DNA of 7,789 nucleotides from a virus (IMGVR_UViG_2671180864_000008); one strand, 5' to 3'. Counted from the first letter of the stretch, positions 1-6,439 are shown. Numbers and translations are program-made. Notes: generated by a model not told the origin, from the sequence alone.

Positions 1-126
1 ATTATCTGAACATAAAACACTATCAATAAGTTGGAGTCATTACCGATAAACTACAAGACGAGATATAAACCACCCTGCATTTAAATAAACAATAAACAAC
101 ATCAGAAAAATAATTCTGCTCTATGG

Positions 127-153
127 TTTACATTCAAAAATATCATTTATACT
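127..153 (+). promoter_or_regulatory. Candidate sigma70 promoter for ORF 194..529
   Basis: TTTACA (127-132), 15-nt spacer, TATACT (148-153), about 40 nt upstream of the ORF start. Motif match only; the spacer is shorter than the 17-nt optimum. Confidence 0.3.
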
Positions 154-193
154 TTTCAGAACATCACCAGCAAGGCATAAACAAGGAAACTAA

Positions 194-529
194 ATGAAGT
201 GGATTGTGATTGATACAGTTATCCAGCCATCATGCGGAATATCTTTTTCAGTCATATGGAGTAAAATAAAATTAATAATCTGGTATCAATCGGATGCTTT
301 CTTACCTCCTGAAAGTATATTTACACTGACTCACACAGGCATCATGCTCAATAACAAAGTGCTACCTGTAACCATTTACAACGTAGTACCATTCAATAAA
401 ACATTCTGGAATTCAATCAAAAATAGCCAGGAATGCCCTACAAATACAGATAACGTATTGAATGAATGCTTTAATAACCGTTGCACTCTGCAAATATGTC
501 CTTATGGACTAAAACAACAAAGTCCATAA
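194..529 (+). CDS. Hypothetical protein, 111 aa, AT-rich, Cys-containing C-terminus; possible moron/cargo gene
   Basis: ATG start with AAGGAA Shine-Dalgarno 6 nt upstream (184-189). A 336-nt open frame is unexpected by chance in AT-rich DNA. No family recognised. Confidence 0.3.
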   Translation: MKWIVIDTVIQPSCGISFSVIWSKIKLIIWYQSDAFLPPESIFTLTHTGIMLNNKVLPVTIYNVVPFNKTFWNSIKNSQECPTNTDNVLNECFNNRCTLQICPYGLKQQSP

Positions 530-563
530 GGAGTTTACTCACATCTGACAAAATCAATATAAA

Positions 564-585
564 CAGCCCCTCCGGAGAGGGGCTG
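564..585 (-). terminator. GC-rich perfect hairpin, probable minus-strand (or bidirectional) intrinsic terminator
   Basis: 9-bp perfect stem CAGCCCCTC / GAGGGGCTG with CGGA loop. On the minus strand it is followed by TTTATATTGATTTTGT; on the plus strand there is no U-tract. Confidence 0.4.
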
Positions 586-695
586 GAGAGTGGCGCTATG
601 TGCCATTGCATGGTGCCGGGTGCCTCCCGGTGAATTCAGTACCAGCACCTGAATCCGCGATTATCCCATATACCTACTCGCTGATTGCCCCTCCG

Positions 696-874
696 CACAG
701 GGGGATTCACCATGCCAGTTTCTTTTAACAAACTCCCCGCAAAANNNNNNNNNNNNNNNNNNNNNNNNNNNNNNNNNNNNNNNNNNNNNNNNNNNNNNNN
801 NNNNNNNNNNNNNNNNNNNNNNNNNNCACAGGGGGATTCACCATGCCAGTTTCTTTTAACAAACTCCCCGCAAA
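696..874. repeat. Two identical 48-nt direct repeats (696-743 and 827-874) flanking an 82-nt run of N (745-826)
   Basis: CACAGGGGGATTCACCATGCCAGTTTCTTTTAACAAACTCCCCGCAAA occurs on both sides of the N run. Consistent with a scaffold gap between overlapping contig ends or a collapsed tandem repeat. Confidence 0.8.
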
Positions 875-929
875 CCAGACAACAGTCAACCGCCTGAATT
901 GTGAAGTATTTAAAAATTTCTCCCGCTAA
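843..929 (+). CDS. Very small ORF (28 aa) with strong Shine-Dalgarno, partly inside the direct repeat
   Basis: GGGGGA 6 nt upstream of ATG at 843, stop TAA at 927-929. Translated by hand (MPVSFNKLPANQTTVNRLNCEVFKNFSR). Too short to judge coding status. Confidence 0.15.
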   Translation: MPVSFNKLPANQTTVNRLNCEVFKNFSR

Positions 930-1107
930 CTGATACCCGGCTAACAGTCTGGCGTTTTCTTTTTCAGCAACGGGAAAGCAACAACCACCACACCCGCCAC
1001 CAGCACACCGTCAGCCAGCACTGACATTATCCGGCTGCTGCAATGCCATTCACAAAAACAGTAAGCAATCACTTTTTACCGTAACAGGTGATAATCCAGA
1101 TATGTAT

Positions 1108-1461
1108 CTACCCCAGATGAGTAATCCGAAGTTCATCCATACCACAGGTCCTGGCTATTCTGTTGTACTCCTGAACAAGAGCAAATAATTCTGAATTAGC
1201 AACCATGAACTCATCGCAAACCCTCTGTATAGCATCACTATTCAGAATAATAACGTCTCTTCCCGAAAGACGATCAGGAGTACAGAACAAAACTGTCAAA
1301 CGGCTGAAGGCCTTTGCTCGTGCTGCATTGACTATATCAATACGCTGCCTAAGGATGAAACACCCCGACGCCTCATCAATATTCACTCTACCCACACCAT
1401 ATGAATGATAAATATTTAATGCTGAAAAAACCATTAGACCGTATAACAAACACTCAATCAA
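1108..1461 (-). CDS. Hypothetical protein at the cargo position just downstream of the tRNA cluster; start uncertain
   Basis: Open frame from the track, 117 aa. The track start at 1461 is a TTG; the first in-frame ATG is at 1434 (108 aa) with a weak ribosome-binding site. No family recognised; varied amino-acid composition. Confidence 0.35.
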   Translation of the reverse strand: MIECLLYGLMVFSALNIYHSYGVGRVNIDEASGCFILRQRIDIVNAARAKAFSRLTVLFCTPDRLSGRDVIILNSDAIQRVCDEFMVANSELFALVQEYNRIARTCGMDELRITHLG

Positions 1462-1571
1462 TACTTAACAGAACTTTTATTTTTGACAAACATAAAATAT
1501 TTTCAACAATATCCTGAGCCAGGTATATTTCAGTATAAGGCTCTGCCGGAAGGAATCTGGAAGAATGAATA

Positions 1572-1648
1572 TGGCGCGCTGTACTGGATTCGAACCAGTG
1601 ACCGATTGCTTAGAAGGCAATTGCTCTGTCCGGCTGAGCTAACAACGC
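1572..1648 (-). tRNA. argO: tRNA-Arg, anticodon UCU
   Basis: Hand-folded 77-nt cloverleaf on the minus strand: acceptor GCGTTGT/ACAGCGC, anticodon loop CT-TCT-AA, T-arm ACTGG-TTCGAAT-CCAGT, 3' GCCA. Symbol assumed from the ileZ-argN-argO order I recall for 933W-like phages. Confidence 0.85.
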
Positions 1649-1661
1649 ATGATGCAGATAA

Positions 1662-1738
1662 TGGACCGCCATCGGGGACTTGAACCCCGCGCAGCCAGCT
1701 TCGAAGGCTGGCGCTCTTTCCTGATGAGCTAATGGCGG
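1662..1738 (-). tRNA. argN: tRNA-Arg, anticodon UCG
   Basis: Hand-folded 77-nt cloverleaf: acceptor CCGCCAT/ATGGCGG, anticodon stem CCAGC/GCTGG with loop CT-TCG-AA, T-arm CGGGG-TTCAAGT-CCCCG, 3' TCCA. Symbol assumed from gene order only. Confidence 0.8.
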
Positions 1739-1745
1739 TATGTGA

Positions 1746-1821
1746 TGGTGGCCCTTGCTGGATTTGAACCAGCGACCTGGCGATTATGAGTCGCTCGCTC
1801 TCACCACTGAGCTAAAGGGCC
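1746..1821 (-). tRNA. ileZ: tRNA-Ile2-like, anticodon CAU (lysidine type, ileX-like), or possibly tRNA-Met
   Basis: Hand-folded 76-nt cloverleaf: acceptor GGCCCTT/AAGGGCC, anticodon loop CT-CAT-AA, T-arm GCTGG-TTCAAAT-CCAGC, 3' ACCA. Strongly resembles E. coli ileX as I recall it. Confidence 0.85.
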
Positions 1822-1861
1822 GGGAGCCGCATAATAACGACGCGTAATTAATTCTTCAATA

Positions 1862-2920
1862 TCATCCGTTCTGGCTGACTAAATCCTGTACTTCCCGAAC
1901 CGTCTGCTCAAAACGTTCAGTCTCCAGCTCAACGCCAATTGCACGACGCCCGAGCGCCAGTGCCGCTTTCACTGTCGAACCCAACCCCATGAAAAAATCT
2001 GCAATCAGGTCACCCGGACGACTGCTAGCGCTGATTATCTGCTGCAGCATTTCTGCCGGTTTTTCGCACGGATGTTTCCCGGGATAGAACTGCACCGGTT
2101 TATGCGTCCACACATCGGTATACGGCACCTGCACCGTCACGCCAAAATACCGCCGCAGATGTTTATATTCACTCAGCAGCTCCGCATACTGCCGGTTCAG
2201 TGAGGTATACGTATCCACCAGCTGGTGGTGGAGCTTTTCCAGTTCACCACGCCGATGCTTCTCTTCTGCCACCCGGGCAAACAGCGCCTGTAATTTCAGA
2301 TAATCGCTTTCATTCGGCAACTGCCACTGACCGGCACTGAACCAGTGCGACACCATGTTTTTCTTTCCTGTGGCATCTGCAATCTGTTTTGCCGTTATCC
2401 CCAGGGCAGCTCGCGCATCACGAAAGTAAGAAATCAGCGGGGCCATCACATGCTGTTTCAGTGCACTGCCCTTCGCCGCATACCCGGCATCTTTCGGACG
2501 ATACGGCCCCTGATAATGTTCCGCGAACAGAATGCGCTCTGTGGCGGGGAAATACGCCCGCAGGCTTTCCTTGTTGCATCCGTTCCAGCGTCCGGACGGC
2601 TTCGCCCAGATAATATGGTTCAGCACACTGAAGCGTTCACGCATCATGATTTCGATATCAGATGCCAGGCGATGACCACAGAACAGGTAAAGACTTCCGG
2701 CAGGTTTCAGCACCCGCCAGAACTGCGCCAGACACTGGTCCAGCCACTTCAGGTAATCATCGTCGCCCTTCCACTGGTTATCCCAGCCCTCAGGCTTCAC
2801 TTTAAAGTACGGCGGGTCCGTGACTATCAGGTCAACAGAATTTTCGGGTAACGACCGGATAAATTCCAGGCAGTCGGCGTTGATTAACTCACAACTGGAT
2901 ATTTTTACAGTATTAAGCAT
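1862..2920 (-). CDS. DNA methyltransferase, N6-adenine/N4-cytosine family, beta-class motif order
   Basis: 352 aa with ATG start. DPPY (motif IV) near the N-terminus (TDPPYF) and an FxGxGST-type AdoMet motif near the C-terminus (DFFMGLGST). Position between Q and the tRNAs matches the phage Dam-like methylase of Stx2-type phages. Confidence 0.85.
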   Translation of the reverse strand: MLNTVKISSCELINADCLEFIRSLPENSVDLIVTDPPYFKVKPEGWDNQWKGDDDYLKWLDQCLAQFWRVLKPAGSLYLFCGHRLASDIEIMMRERFSVLNHIIWAKPSGRWNGCNKESLRAYFPATERILFAEHYQGPYRPKDAGYAAKGSALKQHVMAPLISYFRDARAALGITAKQIADATGKKNMVSHWFSAGQWQLPNESDYLKLQALFARVAEEKHRRGELEKLHHQLVDTYTSLNRQYAELLSEYKHLRRYFGVTVQVPYTDVWTHKPVQFYPGKHPCEKPAEMLQQIISASSRPGDLIADFFMGLGSTVKAALALGRRAIGVELETERFEQTVREVQDLVSQNG

Positions 2921-3014
2921 GGATCATTAAGCCTGTCTCTGATAGGCTCATTCTGCTTTTGCGCAAAGCAGTGGGCCTGAGGTTTGCTTGTGAACCCAAC
3001 GCATGAGCAGATGG

Positions 3015-3041
3015 CTGGTGGGTGCCCCTAACACCCACCAG
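3015..3041. promoter_or_regulatory. Perfect 10-bp inverted repeat (stem-loop or operator-like site) upstream of the methyltransferase gene
   Basis: CTGGTGGGTG - CCCCTAA - CACCCACCAG. Seen directly in the sequence; function unknown. Confidence 0.4.
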
Positions 3042-3054
3042 CCGCCCATTTACC

Positions 3055-3084
3055 ACAAATAAAAAAGCCTTCACTGCGGAAGGC
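3055..3084 (-). terminator. Intrinsic terminator after the 65-aa ORF
   Basis: Minus-strand hairpin GCCTTC-CGCAGT-GAAGGC followed by TTTTTTATTTG. It overlaps the stop codon of ORF 3071..3268. Confidence 0.6.
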
Positions 3085-3268
3085 GTCTGTAACAACCGAA
3101 CTGATAGTCTGCCAGACCCGCCATAACCAGCTGGGTCAGTATTAACTGGCAGCGTTCGCGTGAAAGGTAAGTATTCTGCGCTATCTCCCCGACTGTCGCC
3201 GGTTCGGTAACGCTTAATTCATTAAACACCACTCTGGCGGTTTCTGTCATATCCTGCTGTTTTAGCAT
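3071..3268 (-). CDS. Hypothetical small protein, 65 aa; first ORF of the Q-dependent late transcript
   Basis: ATG start with AAGGAA Shine-Dalgarno 6 nt upstream, followed by the terminator. Hydrophilic, so not a holin. No family recognised. Confidence 0.5.
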   Translation of the reverse strand: MLKQQDMTETARVVFNELSVTEPATVGEIAQNTYLSRERCQLILTQLVMAGLADYQFGCYRRLPQ

Positions 3269-3388
3269 GTCTTTTCCTTTTCCGGTTAACGTGACACACC
3301 AATAACTCTTGTCGAAAAAGCCAGCAAGCTGAAAGACAGGTATTCACCGCCACCAGCGCGTTTACTGTACTGACGCGATTTCAGTCAT

Positions 3389-3412
3389 AAAAAACCCGCT
3401 CGGCGGCGGGTT
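3389..3412 (-). terminator. tR'-like intrinsic terminator downstream of the late promoter
   Basis: Minus-strand GC-rich hairpin (AACCCGC-CGCCGA-GCGGGTT) followed by TTTTTT, about 65 nt downstream of the predicted late-promoter start site. Confidence 0.65.
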
Positions 3413-3444
3413 GTAGAAACTCTTCTAACGTCAGGCATAAAACG

Positions 3445-3487
3445 CCCATCGTTATGACGAATTTACCACAGATTCCGGAAAAATCAA
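3445..3487 (-). promoter_or_regulatory. Lambda PR'-like late promoter with sigma70-dependent pause element (candidate qut site)
   Basis: Minus strand reads TTGATT, 16-nt spacer, TGG-TAAATT (extended -10), then CGTCAT, then AACGATGGG. The TAAATT -10 and the AACGAT-GGG pause element at +1 match my recollection of lambda PR'. Lies directly after the Q stop codon. Confidence 0.7.
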
Positions 3488-3492
3488 CCTTG

Positions 3493-4314
3493 TTACCTAG
3501 TTACCTTTTTTAACTGCCGCTCAGCCCATGCTTCTTCAATATCAAACCGGGTCACCAGCGCATCATAAAATTTCTTAACTGTTTTTTCCCATGACGCGCG
3601 TGTTATCTGGTTTGTCACCTCGCATATAGCATTAAATGCCTCCGTTGATGGTAGTCTTTCATAGCCACGACCACCACAACGCTGGCAGTCTCTGATAACA
3701 GGCATACCACGTTTTACCGACTCTTCACGATGAATGGCGACACCACGCCCACGGCAATCCTTACAGGCGGTGGAAACCTCACCCTTTCCGCCACACTCCG
3801 GACAGGCAACTTTTACCACCTCCCTGACTTTTTTCCATTCTTCCCAGTAAGACGGATACACACCTTTCGTACACTTTGCCCATACCGGCGGCTTACCATC
3901 CGGATACTGGATCTTGTTTGTAAAAACCTCGCTTTCAATAAATTTTTTTCCGTGACAGCAGGGGCACTGTTTTTTGCTCGCCGCGCTACGGGCATAATCT
4001 TCAAACGCATACGAAGCCATAATACGCATCACTGCCGGTTTTATTTCTGCCGGGAGTTTTCTTAACGCCGCCACGCGATCACACCGACTGAGTGCATATT
4101 CTGTCAGCAATTCTGTTGCCCGCTCTCTGTCATTCATACTAATGCCCATTTTCCCAAGGAACGCAGAAACCCCCATCTCAGCCCGATTCTGTGTCATGCC
4201 CTGCGCGGCCATCACATCAGTGATACTCAGCGCATCTTTCGACGTTGAGGCCGATGCATCAGTCAGGCCGGGGGATTTTGGGGAGTAGTATTTCGGTAAA
4301 TCTTCCAGTTTCAT
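3493..4314 (-). CDS. Q: Late-gene antitermination protein Q, lambda-Q family, with expanded zinc-binding region
   Basis: 273 aa. N-terminus (KYYSPKSPGLTD... DVMAAQGM) and C-terminus (YDALVTRF... KKVTR) are colinear with phage lambda Q as recalled. Contains four CxxCxGxG-type motifs where lambda Q has two. Start ATG overlaps the rusA stop (ATGA). Confidence 0.85.
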   Translation of the reverse strand: MKLEDLPKYYSPKSPGLTDASASTSKDALSITDVMAAQGMTQNRAEMGVSAFLGKMGISMNDRERATELLTEYALSRCDRVAALRKLPAEIKPAVMRIMASYAFEDYARSAASKKQCPCCHGKKFIESEVFTNKIQYPDGKPPVWAKCTKGVYPSYWEEWKKVREVVKVACPECGGKGEVSTACKDCRGRGVAIHREESVKRGMPVIRDCQRCGGRGYERLPSTEAFNAICEVTNQITRASWEKTVKKFYDALVTRFDIEEAWAERQLKKVTR

Positions 4315-4691
4315 TTTTTGACCTGCTCTTCATGCATTATGGGGTAAATCTTCACCCCCAGACGTCCACCAGATACTGGCTGACCACGAACGATATTGAT
4401 TTCATCAAACTGCTCATCGTCCATTAGCAACCCCGCATGCGTCAGCGCATCCAGCGGCGCTTTCAGAATATTGTCCAGGTCACGGCGGCGCTTATCCGGT
4501 GGTTCTGCAATAATTTTTATTGCCAACCTTCCGGACAGGCTTAATTTCAGCCGCTGCTGGCGAACAATAAGCGCCACTGCCCGGCGATAACGCTCCCCGG
4601 CTTTTGATACAAAATATGTGCTGCCACGACGACGCCAGTAAGTGTTCACCGTCGGCGGGTAAGGTAAAACAAATTCTATGCGCTCGGTCAT
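4311..4691 (-). CDS. rusA: RusA-type Holliday junction resolvase
   Basis: 126 aa. Matches RusA as recalled, including the acidic motif PDKRRRDLDN and a following DD(E/A)Q. Located in the nin region upstream of Q, as in several lambdoid phages. Confidence 0.85.
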   Translation of the reverse strand: MTERIEFVLPYPPTVNTYWRRRGSTYFVSKAGERYRRAVALIVRQQRLKLSLSGRLAIKIIAEPPDKRRRDLDNILKAPLDALTHAGLLMDDEQFDEINIVRGQPVSGGRLGVKIYPIMHEEQVKK

Positions 4692-5750
4692 TTATGCTTT
4701 CCACTTCAGAACACCCGAATTTCTCGCGTGCATTAAAAAACGAATCAGCAACAACAGCTGACTGCCGTGTTTCTCTTCAAAATCTTTTACTCCGGCATGT
4801 AGTTCGTTACGGCATTTACGGCATAACGGAATAACAAACAAATCATCAGCCTTTGTTCCCATCCCTCCCAGTCCATGACCAATGATGTGATGCGGATCAT
4901 CTGCCTGATTGCCACACGTCATGCATTTCTGCGTTTTTACCCAGCGCGTGTATACAGGCATCTCTTCCCGTTGTGATTTCTGGCGCTGGAGATACTGAGC
5001 CGGTGACTCCGGATCAACGGCAATGCTGACCACCGTCTTTTCCTGTGGTGGGTTCTGTTGCTGGTGGACGTGAGGCAGTAACGCAATATTTTTTGTGCGC
5101 TGCTTCAGTATGCTGGTGGCTGTCTGCTCTCCCGGTATGATGTCGCTTTCACTGTACACAGAGCGAATTTTTTCCGCACGCAACCCCAGCGAACGACGTA
5201 ATACCGCTTCCGGTAGCGCGTCCGCCACCTGATTGCGGACCGCCCACCAGGATAATTCAGCCAGAGATAATTCACGCTCCTGCGTACCGCTTATTGCGTG
5301 ACCGATGACGTCAATCATCCATGCTGACAGGTTTTGATGAGCAAGTTGCTCGAGTGATTCGGATGTCTGGTCACGCAGCTGGTTGTCGCAGTGCCAGCAC
5401 AACACCATTGCGCCGGTACCATAACGGTGAATGACGGTTTCGCTGTGATGATAATCGCCGTGTGGCCACTGGCAGGATTTAATATGGCGCAACAGCCAGT
5501 CAGACAATGCACCAGCACCACCAGCAGCACGAATCACCCGTGCGTTACTGAAAAACGGCAGCAATGTTTTGTCTTCCACCAGCGGCTGGCGAGCGGCAGG
5601 AACGACCCCGGACGGCAGATTACGCATGCTTTTTGGTTCCGGCTCCACCAGTATTCTGCCGTTATGGAATGCTGACATTGATTCACGGCCTGGCTTAACG
5701 ATAACCAGACCGAGTTCCGGTACCAGAACAGGTCGAAGTAATACCCGCAC
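4692..5750 (-). CDS. YdfU-like DUF968 prophage protein with C-terminal HNH-like zinc-binding motif
   Basis: 352 aa, GTG start with GGAGG Shine-Dalgarno 4 nt upstream. N-terminus closely resembles E. coli Qin prophage YdfU as I recall it. C-terminal CMTCG...DPHHIIGHG...CRKCRNELH is an HNH-like arrangement. Confidence 0.7.
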   Translation of the reverse strand: MRVLLRPVLVPELGLVIVKPGRESMSAFHNGRILVEPEPKSMRNLPSGVVPAARQPLVEDKTLLPFFSNARVIRAAGGAGALSDWLLRHIKSCQWPHGDYHHSETVIHRYGTGAMVLCWHCDNQLRDQTSESLEQLAHQNLSAWMIDVIGHAISGTQERELSLAELSWWAVRNQVADALPEAVLRRSLGLRAEKIRSVYSESDIIPGEQTATSILKQRTKNIALLPHVHQQQNPPQEKTVVSIAVDPESPAQYLQRQKSQREEMPVYTRWVKTQKCMTCGNQADDPHHIIGHGLGGMGTKADDLFVIPLCRKCRNELHAGVKDFEEKHGSQLLLLIRFLMHARNSGVLKWKA

Positions 5751-5751
5751 A

Positions 5752-6030
5752 TTACCTCCAGATCCGTTGCTGGAATGTGCGGGACGGACGCGTTGGCCGT
5801 TCGGAGTAAGGGAGCCTGACGGAGATTATCCAGTGACGGTAGTCGAGGCTAAGGGCTTTTTTAACCTCGCATCCGCGCCTGCGGTAACACTGAATGAGCC
5901 ATTCGGCCTGTTCTTCAGTGCATGGGGGATGCTGGTACCAATCAGATTTAAATGCGTGAGAGCGCCGCCCGTGCCTGCTGGCAAAGACGGCTGAATTATC
6001 AGAATTGTGTAGTCTGGAATTTTGCGCCAT
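5752..6030 (-). CDS. Hypothetical nin-region protein, 92 aa
   Basis: ATG start with GGAGAAA Shine-Dalgarno. Stop is directly adjacent to the start of the downstream DUF968 gene. No family recognised. Confidence 0.5.
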   Translation of the reverse strand: MAQNSRLHNSDNSAVFASRHGRRSHAFKSDWYQHPPCTEEQAEWLIQCYRRRGCEVKKALSLDYRHWIISVRLPYSERPTRPSRTFQQRIWR

Positions 6031-6096
6031 CGGCTTTCTCCGGTGGCACAGTGTTACTCAACAGGGGTTCAGCCCTGCGCTGAATTGTAGATGAAT

Positions 6097-6357
6097 TCAC
6101 TCATCTTCAAAAGCAGAAAAACCAGCCTTAATCCCAGCTTCTTTCAGAGACGGCAACGATGTGACAAATTCATTTGCACGCGAAATAAAACCATCCGTCA
6201 CAAGCCCATCCACAAAATGAATTAACGCAGCTCCACTCTTCCTTTGTTGAGACTGTAAACATTTAATACGGCAGTGGCTGACAATAGCGCCATTCTCAAC
6301 GCGCACAGTATAGAGGCCATCTTCACTAAAAATTTCACGTAATTCTTCGATTTTCAT
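6097..6357 (-). CDS. Hypothetical small protein, 86 aa; position is reminiscent of rem in the Qin prophage
   Basis: The track ORF starts at a TTG (6360); the ATG at 6357 has a GGAAGGA Shine-Dalgarno 8 nt upstream. Identity as rem is not verified. Confidence 0.5.
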   Translation of the reverse strand: MKIEELREIFSEDGLYTVRVENGAIVSHCRIKCLQSQQRKSGAALIHFVDGLVTDGFISRANEFVTSLPSLKEAGIKAGFSAFEDE

Positions 6358-6439
6358 CAACAGAATCCTTCCAGATAAATAGCACTCCCCTGTTCGGGGT
6401 CCATCCCTCTTCTCCCTGCGCGCTACTTAAGTATTTTTG

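Noticed and set aside
685-897. Track ORF of 70 aa containing a long run of X residues
   Set aside because: It spans the 82-nt N block, so the reading frame across the gap is meaningless; only the flanking sequence is real.
1205-1408. Plus-strand 67-aa ORF overlapping ORF 1108..1461
   Set aside because: It is antisense to the more protein-like minus-strand frame, has a low-complexity translation and no ribosome-binding site; the region is transcribed in the minus direction.
1-1571. Shiga toxin (stxA/stxB) or another AB5 toxin at the post-tRNA position
   Set aside because: No frame downstream of the tRNAs yields anything resembling Stx1/Stx2 A or B subunits, subtilase, cytolethal distending toxin or pertussis-like toxin as far as I can recall those sequences.
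1483-1683. Plus-strand 66-aa ORF
   Set aside because: It overlaps two clearly folded tRNA genes on the opposite strand and is a six-frame artefact.
2345-2851. Plus-strand ORFs (168 aa and 74 aa) nested inside the methyltransferase gene
   Set aside because: They are antisense to a confidently identified CDS with conserved motifs, and their translations are Arg/Pro-rich, as expected from reading GC-rich coding DNA in the wrong frame.
2913-3095. Minus-strand 60-aa ORF overlapping the terminator and inverted repeat
   Set aside because: It covers intergenic structured sequence (palindrome and terminator), has no ribosome-binding site, and overlaps the better-supported 65-aa ORF.
3730-4834. Several ORFs (60-126 aa; 3730..4065, 3813..4010, 4245..4427, 4396..4590, 4492..4704, 4604..4834) overlapping Q, rusA and the 3' end of the DUF968 gene
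   Set aside because: All lie antisense or out of frame to genes identified by family features and give low-complexity, Arg/Ser-rich translations.
5315-5994. ORFs (71-141 aa; 5315..5530, 5391..5675, 5534..5752, 5569..5994) overlapping the DUF968 gene and the 92-aa ORF
   Set aside because: They are alternative frames of a well-supported coding region with no independent start signals.
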